DNA of 52,456 bases from Octopus bimaculoides (Eukaryota), in contig NC_068989.1 of the NCBI RefSeq assembly GCF_001194135.2, positions 81,118,217-81,170,672 of the forward strand, written 5' to 3'. The notes under the pieces are model-generated. The model ran no database searches and had not been told where the DNA came from. It saw only the letters and a list, made by a program, of their open reading frames with translations. Shown one piece after another: positions 10,101 to 20,600 of this stretch. Position numbers and translations under genes: made by a program. Every line of letters begins with the position of its first letter. Positions within the stretch are counted from its first letter, which is position 1.

Positions 10101-13100
10101 CTGCCAGCTGCTAAGTCATGCTGGGAAACCCTATTATATGTTTACATTCTCGATCATTGGAACAGGGTTGCTTTGTCTTCATTTCAGTAAACCATTGCTA
10201 CAGGTTTGATGGAGTCTTCTTGGTACTAGCAAATTGCTATTAAATCAGTGCTTTTTACTACATGTGAGTAGCACTATCAACTGTTTTTGTGATGATAGTT
10301 TGGGATTAGCTTTGGCTTGTAAGTTGACTGGTTTGGTTGGGTGGGAGGGTGTAACAAAAACAAAATGCCCACTGACTATATATATATTATATATATTTGC
10401 TTTGGATCTGCAAGTACAGTTTTAAGAATTTTTTTTTTCATGCATGGTTTCAGCAATAGAATTTGTCCCCCCAACACACGTCAGAAAATCACAACTCACT
10501 ACTTCACATTTTTTTTTTCTCTCCACTTTGTCTATTGGGTTACATCAGGGAATAAGTAATGTGAAGAACATTCTAGTTGGATTACTGGTACTGAAGGTGC
10601 TTTAGAAGAGAAGAAAATATTTTTTTAGTACATTTTGAATTGATTCAACAGCAGATATTCTAGTTTTTTTTTATTTTTTGAATCGTGGATAATTTTAATC
10701 AGTTAATTGTATTTTTATCTCTTGCAGCGCATGGATTTAGGAGAATGTCCTAAAATACATGATTTAGCCCTCAGAGCTGACTATGAACAAGCAACCAAAG
10801 GAAAAGACTATTATTATGACATTGATGTGAGTAAAGCTATGTTTTTATTTTAACACTTATCTTAGATGCTTCAAATTATCACCTAGTTGCTAACTGGATT
10901 GATAATAAGGGTACTAATCTCAGGACCTTGTGCACACAAAACAAAATATCTAATTTTAAACCTAAAGCATTGGCTTTTGTTTCTTGTCTTTAAACAGTGA
11001 TCTCTGGGTTGGCCTTCCTTTTCCAAACTCTTTATTTTTGGCTATCTGTCATAGCTTAGAAGGCACTTACAGGTTTCTCTATCTCAAAGGAGGAATCTTA
11101 TCTGAACTTGCTAGCTACTGATCTATCACTTGCACTTCTGACAATCATAATAAACTATTTCATCATGTTGAGTCTTTTCCCCGGTGGTTACCAATATTGT
11201 TTTCATAAGTCTAGCTCTGCTAGAAATCTTCATATCACAGCTAGTGATTTCAAGAACTTACCTAAAAGTATTGTTGCTTTTGATATTAGCAAAGCCTTTC
11301 CACATGTCTGATGTAATCACCTTAGCAAAGCTGTTTGTCTGTAGGCTGTACTTGAGTATGTCAATAGGATTTTCTCCAACTTGCATTCTATCTTCAGCAG
11401 TTGTTAGTCTAGTCCTTCTCTACACCAATAGCTCACTATAGTGTTATTCCAGTGAAACACTCCATGCAACAATGCCTAGTTTTTGATGGAACAGGAACTA
11501 CTTCAGCTCCAAACAGATGTTGATTCTTTGCAAACTATAAGTGCCTTTCTCTCTAGAACACTTGTCAAACATGTCTGGGACAATAACTCCTTTATACATT
11601 CTATGATCCTGTCCAGATAACAAAAACTGACCAATTAGAAAGCTCACTAGCACAATGATAAATTGTATCCTTCCACTTGTTTCTAAATGTCATTCAAACC
11701 TGTCTCCCAATAATTGGAGCTCTTTGGTGCTCCCATTTTTCTTCAGAAATTTTAAGTTAAATATTGAATCTCACCAAAATAAAAAAATTTTTTTTGAAAG
11801 AAAGCAAAATTGTGATTCTTCTTCTCATGCAAAAACATGTCTATATTTTATATTTCTTTAGGCTATGGAACATCTTCAGTCGTTTATTGCTGAATGTGAC
11901 AGAAAAACAGAACTTGCAAAACGACGGTTGAAAGAAACCCAAGAAGAGCTTAGTGAAGAAGCAAACCAGAAGGTAAGTGTTTACTGATAGTTAGCTTTTT
12001 AATCCCTATCACTTATTTTCTTTTGCAACCCCTTAAATCACTAAAACAGTTGGGTCTGGAGTCGTTTCTTAAAATGGGAGGACAAGCATTATATAATGCC
12101 TAAATTTCTCAAATATTGGAGAAACAATCTATACATAATTTCATCTGGCAATTTCTACAAAAAAAAACATCTTAGTTCTTTAGGTTCTTTCTTTTTTTAT
12201 ATAAACTGGCCAGTAGGTGTGGTGGAGTGAGGGTTCATGCTACAGGGAGAAATATTTTAAAGAGTTTCATTTCTAATTTTGTGTTTGTTTTGAAAAGAAA
12301 TAATTTGTGGGATGATGTCATAAAACATTTACATTTTTCAGAAATTTTTTTTGTGTGTGTGTATTAGGAGTATATTATTTAATTTTAGAAAATGTGTAGA
12401 AAGGGAAGTGTTGAGGGTGACACATAGCTAATGTATATTAAAATTGTATGTCAAGTTACAAATAACAATTGTAAAATGTTTTTTGGTTAGTCAGTATAAG
12501 AGACTTTCTGTGGCAGCTAAATAATTTTATAAAGAAGGGTACAATCATGGTTAGCTGTTAACCTTAGCAAGGAGAAGGCTTGCTATCTAAGCTTGACAGT
12601 CATTTTTGAGAAAAAAAGGCAAACAGGAATGGCAGCAAACTCAAATGGGTGCTTTTGGAAGTTTTCTTTTCTGAGCAATTTTTATTCCTTGGTACTATTA
12701 ACTTTCCACTGGATTTGTGTGAAACAGCTTTATGATTATCACTGAGGCTACTGTTACTGCTATCTCTGTTATCATTGATAGTCATTCTTCAAGACAACAT
12801 ATTCTTTTCTTTATTGTTTATCCAGTCATTTGGCTGATGTGTCTTATGTAGAAAAGTGAAGCATCAAGAATGAAGAAATGTAAATGAACTGAAGCAAACT
12901 CTTCTAGCTAACTGAAGGCATGAAATAATGGACATTTTTAGAACCAAAATTAATTGATGTGCAGGCTTAGGCAAAAGTGGTCATATTGATATTGCAATTT
13001 TTAGGCAAAGTCCTGATGATGAGGAAAGATAGAAATTCTTTTAAATAAACAGAATTTCTACAAACATTTAAGAACATATTTCACAACATATCTTTATAGA

Positions 13101-15431
13101 TTGTATTTATGAACTTGAGTCCCTCCATAAAATTCCTCAAAATATGGTTTTGGCCCATTACTGGTAATACATAAGTACAAAAGCATCAAGCCACCACTTG
13201 TATCTTGCAATATTATCAAATGCCATTTTTACATTTGCAACTGCTTCAGATTCTACTAAAAATTCAGTCATTACAACCATAATACATAATAGATTGACAT
13301 TTCAATTGATTGAGAAAGCATTGAACATTTAATTTGCACTTGTTTTGCCATTAATATGAAATTGCTTATTACATGCATTTCTTATAATTATAGAGGCTTC
13401 TTTGTTACAAGAATGTAATTGGGTCATTATAATGCAAAATATGTTTCTTCAGAAGTGCAGACTATAAATATAATGGTCCTTAATCTATACTCTCAATTTG
13501 TGATGGCTTGTTTGTAGGCCCTTTAAACGTTCAAAGATTTTCATTAAAATTTTTGAAGTTATTACTGCTACTAAATGATTTTATTCTGAAAAAGAATTTT
13601 TTTTTAAATCATTGGAAATGAGATAATTGAGGTTAGAATTTCTCAATAGAATGTGAAAATTATCTTAATAAACTAAATTTTGATGTTGAAGCACAAATGG
13701 CTGGGTTCCTACATTGCCTGATAATGTTGTTTGTTGAAATTGTCATATGTCCCCTCCAACACTTTGATCTTAGATCCTCTGCCTGTGTTTGGCTTAATGG
13801 TCAACTGTAAAATGATAGCAGGAATAACAGCACACTTGAAGAATAAAACTTTCAAAAATATTTCTTTCTATAAAACCAGTGCAATGGTATTTTAATCTCG
13901 TGAATTGAGTTAAAAGGTTAGGTCATAATTGTAAAATACATAATGTTGATTGCAGATGTGAATGTCCATCTAAAATAAGAGTTCATTTGTCATATTTTTA
14001 TTTCTAGGCTGAAATTATTCATCAACTTGGTGAACAAATTGGTACTAAATTAGCAAAAGCTGAGACTGTTGGAGCTGAAGGACATGTAAATGAATCTCTA
14101 AAATTGATGGAAGAAGTAGAAGAGTTAAAAAAACAAAAAGGACAAGCTGAGGTAATATTTCATGATTGGATTTTTTTTTTTAATGTTTTATTTCTTTTAG
14201 TAAGATTTTCAAACATTGAGATATTCAATTTGTAAAGTTTTAATCAAATCAGTGGTAACATTTAATTGAATAATTTAATAATAAATTTATAACATCCAAA
14301 TTGAACACAGAATAATAAATTACCTTGGTAGACATTGAAACTGAATCCAAATATCTTTGGAAAATTCAGTTTGTACTGATTGAGGAGTGCACTTCAACAT
14401 GTTATGTTGCAGCATTAGGACTTATTGATAACTTATAGGTCATTACATAAACAAGCATACTTGCTTTTTATTGATTTGTTTGTTCATAAATTTATTTCAC
14501 ATTAAGAGCAAGTAATTTTTTTCTGGTGAGCTGAAAAAGCTTTACTGTAACACTTAAATGAGTTAAATGTAACTAGGAGTAAAGGTATTCAGATTAGGAC
14601 CAATTAGTTAATGTAAGTTTTTAGAACAGTATTTGTTTGTGATGTAAATATTATTTTCTTTACAGATTGAATATAGAAATTCAATGCCAGCTTCCAGCTA
14701 TCAACAACAGAAACTCCGTGTTTGTGAAGTATGTTCAGCTTATTTGGGTATCCATGATAATGATAGACGGCTTGCAGATCATTTTGGAGGCAAATTACAT
14801 CTTGGCTTCATCACAATTAGAGAAAAATTAGAAGATCTCAAGGTAATCAGTGATTTAATTATTCTGTCAATCTCTTGAATTTAATTTGTATTCCTCTTTC
14901 TTTAATCATTTTGCAATTTCTTCAGAAAAGCGTTGCTGAAAGAAGAGCTCAGAGGGAGAAGGAACGAGAAGAACGTCGTAAAAGAGAACAAGAAAAAATA
15001 GGTGACAGGGAAAAGGAAAAACGAAAGAGCCGCAGTCCTAGCCGAAATCATCGCAGTAGCAGAAGTCATAGCAGAGATAGAAGGAAACGGTCTCGGAGTC
15101 GTAGTCGAAGGTCAGTATTGGTTATTGCTTTTAGAAAAATATAAATTGCTTAAATTACTTGCAGATGCCTTTCACGTAGAAAATGAAGTTTCTGTTGATA
15201 TCATATAACAAAGAGCTTCAAAAATTAAATTTTACTTAGGCCAATGGCTAATATTTTCTTGCTGTTTTTATTTTTCATTTCCTCCGTTGTATATAATTAG
15301 ATTTATTGTTATATTGTAATTCTTTATCTTTCAGATCTTGCAAACGTTCCCGATCTCGGTCTCATTCTCGACGTTCAGGATCTCGTTCAAAGCGCTCACG
15401 GTCTCGTTCTCGATCTAGATACTCGAGGTGA
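3206..15431 (+). CDS. LUC7L: LUC7-like U1 snRNP splicing factor (LUC7L/LUC7L2 type), complete; join(3206-3266,8917-9011,10728-10826,11862-11972,14008-14151,14666-14842,14926-15110,15335-15431), 322 aa
   Basis: Manual splicing gives MSAHDQIRAMLDELMGTGRDG-ENNKYKVKFDDPRVCKSFLLGCCPHDILSSTRMDLGECPKIH (ZnF1) ... QQKLRVCEVCSAYLGIHDNDRRLADHFGGKLHLGF (ZnF2) plus an RS tail. All introns are GT-AG and phases are consistent (969 nt). The N-terminus is of the LUC7L/LUC7L2 type, not LUC7L3. Confidence 0.96.
3388..3781 (-). mobile_element. tRNA-derived SINE, family A, near full length, antisense in LUC7L intron 1
   Basis: Head ggcgcaggagtggttgtatggtaag...ggttcagtccc (A/B boxes); body recurs many times in the window. 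Confidence 0.9.
6663..6720 (+). other. Candidate LUC7L poison cassette exon (58 nt, frameshifting)
   Basis: ctatttttaaag|GGGAGAAT...AAGCC|gtgagt. Confidence 0.45.
7093..7139 (+). other. Candidate LUC7L poison cassette exon (47 nt, in-frame TGA)
   Basis: tcttttttcag|ATGAGGGCTCAGGTTGA...AATAG|gtgggg. Confidence 0.35.
7724..7773 (+). other. Candidate LUC7L poison cassette exon (50 nt, in-frame TGA)
   Basis: aaactctag|CTGTTGTATGA...TTCTG|gtaagt. Confidence 0.35.
7924..8014 (+). other. Candidate LUC7L poison cassette exon (91 nt, immediate TAG)
   Basis: ctgacattttgctacag|GCTAG...CTTAC|gtaagt. Confidence 0.5.
8917..9011 (+). CDS. LUC7L: LUC7L coding exon 2
   Basis: ttttag|GG GAA AAC...; ENNKYKVKFDDPRVCKSFLLGCCPHDILSST; donor GTGAGT. 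Confidence 0.96.
10728..10826 (+). CDS. LUC7L: LUC7L coding exon 3
   Basis: RMDLGECPKIHDLALRADYEQATKGKDYYYDID; cag|...|gtgagt. Confidence 0.96.
11050..11620. mobile_element. Decayed LINE reverse-transcriptase fragments (CR1/L2 superclade)
   Basis: + frame YQYCFHKSSSARNL...IVAFDISKAFPHV* resembles the RT motifs QYGFR..RST and ALDISKAFDRV; stops present. Confidence 0.5.
11862..11972 (+). CDS. LUC7L: LUC7L coding exon 4
   Basis: AMEHLQSFIAECDRKTELAKRRLKETQEELSEEANQK; tag|...|gtaagt. Confidence 0.96.
14008..14151 (+). CDS. LUC7L: LUC7L coding exon 5
   Basis: AEIIHQLGEQIGTKLAKAETVGAEGHVNESLKLMEEVEELKKQKGQAE; tag|...|gtaata. Confidence 0.95.
14666..14842 (+). CDS. LUC7L: LUC7L coding exon 6 (second zinc finger)
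   Basis: IEYRNSMPASSYQQQKLRVCEVCSAYLGIHDNDRRLADHFGGKLHLGFITIREKLEDLK. Confidence 0.97.
14926..15110 (+). CDS. LUC7L: LUC7L coding exon 7 (RE/RS region)
   Basis: KSVAERRAQREKEREERRK...RSRSRSR; cag|...AG|gtcagt, phase 2. Confidence 0.93.
15335..15431 (+). CDS. LUC7L: LUC7L coding exon 8 (RS tail, TGA 15429-15431)
   Basis: tttcag|A TCT TGC AAA CGT TCC CGA...; (R)SCKRSRSRSHSRRSGSRSKRSRSRSRSRYSR*; the stop overlaps a possible donor. Confidence 0.88.
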
Positions 15432-16470
15432 AATAGTGCTTTGATGTGAGAATTTGTACATACTGTCTTTAACTGAAAACTTAAGATCTCGGTAAGGGAG
15501 GCTGCATGGTTAAAAAAAAACAAAAGTGGAAGACAAGGAGATAATAAAAATACTAAGTTCAGAATGTCTGGTCACATTTTGCTATTATAGGCTTCCACTG
15601 GACTTTGCTAGTTAAGACTTTTTATTAAAGATTTATATATCTTAATAAACTTGGTTGATAAAAACTGATTTTATTTAATATATTTTCCCCCTACAAAGTC
15701 AAATCTCTTTTACTGGAAAAGTCTCTTGCTTTCAGATTTGACATCATTCACATGAGGAGGTTTGCTTGAAAATTTATAACAGTTAAAGTATTAGATCATA
15801 AAGAATTGGCAGGTGAACAACTCGATGTCAAGTGACATTGTATTTAAGGATAGATTTAAGTGTAGCCCTTAAGTTGTATAGTTTTGTTTAAATTTCTAAA
15901 TAAAATTGTTGACAATTGACTTGGTCTGGAATGGTTCAATAAATTTGCTCTTTATATAAAAACATTAGTAAATCCACTTGTTTTCATTCACAAATTGTTC
16001 ATACCAGTATTCTATGGTTGTCTTAGGTGACATTTTCAGATGAGTTTCATAGTGCTTTCAGATTAACAGGAGATTGAATCTAATATTTTATTAGTTTCAT
16101 TAGAAATATAGAGCTTGTGCATTGTAAATAAGGTCTGTCAATTCTGGCCCAAGTCTATAATAGGTAGCCTTTTTCAAACATAAAACATTTGTAAACTTTT
16201 TCTCAAGTTAAAAAGTTAACCTTCATGAAATTAGAAAGATATATTACATTGAGCTCAGTACAAGACTTGTTTATTTTGAGTCGAGGTTAGTTAAAAATGA
16301 AATGCCTTCCGTAGATTAATGAATTTTTTGGTAGTTTGATTGTGATTCAGTTTAATTTTCTTTTAAATGTCAGATTATAAAATTGAAAATTCAGCTTCTT
16401 TATCCATTTGTAAAACAAATCTGCTCCACTTTGTGAGGAGCAAAAAAGTAAAGGCTGACAAATTTGTATA

Positions 16471-16491
16471 AATAAAATGTAGCATTTTATT
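16471..16491. terminator. Palindromic pair of poly(A) signals (AATAAA + at 16471-16476; AATAAA - at 16491-16486)
   Basis: AATAAAATG-TAG-CATTTTATT, a perfect 9-bp inverted repeat midway between the LUC7L and GBF1 stop codons. Confidence 0.55.
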
Positions 16492-17581
16492 GAATAACAT
16501 CAAAATTCTATTCTTAAAACCTTCACAAGAATAGAATTTTGTAGGGGTTAAAAGAAATAAGTATAAAGCAAATACCTTCAACAGTGATAGGTATTTACAT
16601 GAATTTAGTTTAACAGCAAAGTAAATAAGGGAAGGGGACAGAGGTGAAGGTGGTAAATTCTAGGCTGCAATCATTATTTTCAATTGCAGCAAGTGGAATT
16701 TAGAATTAATTTCAATGTAAAATCTGAATAGGCAATATTGGCACAGTCCATTTATTATGTCTATTAAGATTTAAACATTTATCTAAAAAATCCTTTATCC
16801 AGTACTTAGAAAGTCCAATACTTTTTTTTTATGCGGGTATTTTTTGCTGTAAACTATGCAGAAAGTCCAATCAGTGTTAATGATGCTATGGATGGTTGCT
16901 TGAAAATAAATCTTATGATAGCAGCAAAAGAGAGGAGGGGGGCTGCACTTAAGAGGTTGTAAGTGTTGAAAAAAAATTTTTTTTTTTTTTTTTCCAAACA
17001 TAATAGCTGATTTCTCTAGGAAATAGATTACTAATTTTGTAATAAGCAATAAATCACTATCAAATTTTACATTACATTGTTAAGGAATGATGTATATATA
17101 ATTATATTTTCATGGGTTATTCAGATTCTTTTTAAAAATAGAATTAGGTATTCCATTTCCAGTTTCTGTGATTCACAGAATCTAGTCACTGAGAAAAATC
17201 TCATTAGAGGGAGTGTCTGTATCTTGAAGTTCTCCTCCAAGTTACTTTTAAGAAGTGTATTATGTACAGAGAAGAAAATAAGGCTATTAAAATAAATATG
17301 TTGGTCAGTGGGTAGCAAGAGAAGTTGGCACCAATGGAAGGTATTCAGTAGTTGAGGGTTTTGAATAATCATGAAATTCAGTCCAGATAACTTTGACCCT
17401 GATAAACCAAATTTTTACTTAGACCATTATTATCTTAGACTGAAGAAATCAAAGATGGTCAACAAGCATTGCAGCATTGATGGTGAAAAGTTTTATCAAC
17501 ATAAAGAGGGGGGGGGGGGGATCAGCTTCAAACTGCAAGTAGGCACCAGTAGAGAGTCGAAGTGACCGGTCAGTTGATTTA

Positions 17582-17605
17582 TCACTGGCTTTCATGTCTT
17601 TCCAT
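17582..17605 (-). CDS. GBF1: GBF1 probable terminal coding exon (MERHESQ*)
   Basis: tatttaaatttttag|ATG GAA AGA CAT GAA AGC CAG TGA TAA; phase 0 fits the donor at 20191; followed by about 1.1 kb of repeat-free sequence ending at a minus-strand AATAAA. Confidence 0.6.
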   Translation of the reverse strand: MERHESQ

Positions 17606-20600
17606 CTAAAAATTTAAATATCAAGGTATTAACAATAAAGCATATGAAAAAATCTTATTATATAGTACAAATGATTTATGACTGCTATTGTTGATCTTAG
17701 AGCTATCATCAAAGTGCAGTGATGATAGCAGTGTGCACTGGTTAAGAGTATGATATACTGAGCAAATATTGAAGAAATGATAAACAAGTTTACATCATTT
17801 GTTCCTATGTATGTTTCACCACTGGCTGTGTATTGGATGCTTTATCAAAACTAATCATCAGGGAACACTTTAGTTCCCTGTAACACTGCAATAAAATGTT
17901 ACCCAATGATCAGTTGTGATTCCACTGGAAATCCAGGCCATCTCAATGATGCAATGTACACAGGAACAAATATGAACTTGTAATTTCTTCTACATTTGAT
18001 TTGTATATCAAAACAAGTAAAACTATTAAGTACATAGTATTTGCAAAACCACCTCACAAAAACATTATGTAAACTGGTGTTTATTTGTCTGTTTCTTCAA
18101 GCTAGCAGAGGTTGGATGAATATTTTGAGGTATTTTATTGTCAAATATCCTTGCTAACCTTTACCTCTTTTCAAGTTAGGATGTCCTCATCTTTGTTGTT
18201 AACACATTTCGGCTGATATACCCTCCATCCTTCATCAGTTGTACATGGAAAAATACCTTAGGAATGAGAACCCAGGTTCAAAATTTCCCCAAGACACCTG
18301 ATAAAGGCTGGAGGGTATATCAGCCGAAACGTGTTAACAAACAAGACAAGGACAAATATCCGTCAAATGTAAATAATGTACATAATTTACTCATCTCTTA
18401 AATATAGAACTGTATATATATCCATCGTCAGCTGCCTAACAGGTATCATTCTTGATATATATATGATATGTTAATGTCTACTTCACACCTGCACATCAGA
18501 CAAAGGTGTGTTGGATGCAGAGTTTTCATAGCAGATTAAGAAAACCCAGATATACTTCATGACATGTCTCAGCAAAGCCATTATTTACAAGCAATGAATG
18601 AAACATGCAAAGTGGACACAAGGGAAATGCAAAATCACTTAGACAAACACTTGCACATATATGTAAACTCACTTCTAAGGTAACAGGGACAACCATTAGT
18701 TGGCATAAAGACATATATGATGGGCTTCTTTCAGTTTCCGTCTACCAAATCCACTCACAAAGCTTTGGTTGGCCCAAGTTTATAGTAGAAGACTTGCCCA
18801 AAGTGCTCAATAATGGGATTGAACCCAGAACCATGTGTTTGGGAAGCAAGCTTCTTAACACACAGCCTTGCTTGTACCTTTAATAGGTGCACGTCCTTAG
18901 TATAGCTAGGACCATATCCCAAAGACAATACTTTCGATTCAGGGCCAAATGATATTTCTCTCACCAACAGGCTTACATTCTACAAGGGTCAAGGTAAGCC
19001 ATGGCGGAGTATCATTTCCACATCTGGAACAACAGCAGCTAGACACTGCATCCAGAAGAAATCCACTTGATTGATTGGTATTTAGTCATCAATGACTCCA
19101 GCTTCTCATCTGCAGGTGTGCTGTCTCTTCTCCACATTTTGTATGACTACAAGTCAGCAAATTATATATATATATATATATATATAATTATTATTATTAT
19201 CATTGTATATAGTTATTGTTTAAATGTTCACTTCTCCAAGCTTTATGGGTTTCACAAAAGAAACTTTTGTTTCAAACACTGGTAAAATAACAACAAAGTT
19301 AATTGAATGCTTGATTATTTTCAAACTTAATGTATTTCATTAGAAAAGTAATGGAAGCGTCTTAACTCTTTTGTAACTATTGTTGAGGCAAGTGAATTTG
19401 GAATTTGAAATCTGAAATGGAAATCGAACCGAATCCAACGACTGGAACTCATGCCAACTTTTCCTTCATTGGACACTAAACTCTGCTTGCGAAGACCAGG
19501 TGGGGCAAGTGAAATCATAATTGAACCACACTCAATGACTGGTCACCACGCCAGTGGAGCACTAACAGCACTGTCAAGCGTGTTCATTGCCAGAGCAGCT
19601 GTCTGGCTTCCGTGCTAGTGGCCCGTAAATAGCACCATTTGAGCATAATCATTACCAAGGTTGCCTTCTAGCACTTGTGCTGGTGGCACGTTAGAAAATC
19701 ATTTGAGCGAGGTCATTGCCAGTGCTGCGGGACTGGCTCCTGTGCAGGTGGCACGTAAAAAACACGTTTTTGAGCATGGCCGTTGCCAGTACCATGTGAC
19801 TAGCCCTCATGCCGGTGGCACGTAAAAGCACCCACTACACTCAAGTGGTTGGCGTTAGGAAGGGCATCCAGCTGTAGAAACTCTGCCAGATCAGATTGGA
19901 GCCTAGTGCAGCCTTCTGGCTTGCCAGTCCTCAGTCAAATTGTCCAACCCATGCTAGCATGGAAAGCGGATGTTAAACGACGATGATGATGATGATTTCT
20001 GTTGCAGTACACTGCCTTTGATTTGATTAATTTTAAAAATAGTAAAGAATTTAATTGCAATAACTTTGTCATTATTAAACTGGTGTTTGGGACATAAATT
20101 AACATGGAATTTTGCTGGAAGGTTTAGATTTAAATCACTTAGAAATAAGGAATTTGTATCATAGTAAAAGTAAATGCAAAGTGTTACTTACCTGAGGAGA
20201 AATAAAAGGAATTGTAGTCCCTTGCATGATATCTGGGTTCAGAAGTAACGGAACGGTGCTTGCAGTAGAAGCTATGGAACCAGAAGTGGAAGAAGAGTTG
20301 TTTACAGTCACTGAGTCTGTAATGTTAGGGCGTGGTGCAACTGGTGAACTGTTTACTGACATGTTGTCTGCCATGCTACTGCGAGAGGCAACTTTAGGCA
20401 AGGGTGGCTGAAGAATGTAAGCGGATGTCATGGTGGCACTATTCCCTCCAACCAATGGACTTTCTGAACGAGGAGATTTGCCAATTCCTGAAAAAATAAA
20501 AGAAACAATAAACGGTGAAGATAAGGTGATGATTGAACTGATTAAGGATTAAAACCTGATCAATGTCTGGATTAATAATAAATAATAATTAAAGATATTG

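Noticed and set aside
10549-10596. In-frame 39/48-nt cassette exon in LUC7L intron 2
   Set aside because: Good upstream pyrimidine tract but both candidate donors (GTACTG, GTGCTT) are poor
15165-15186. Alternative LUC7L terminal exon (R)CLSRRK*
   Set aside because: Would need a 54-nt intron from donor 15111; possible but too weak to call
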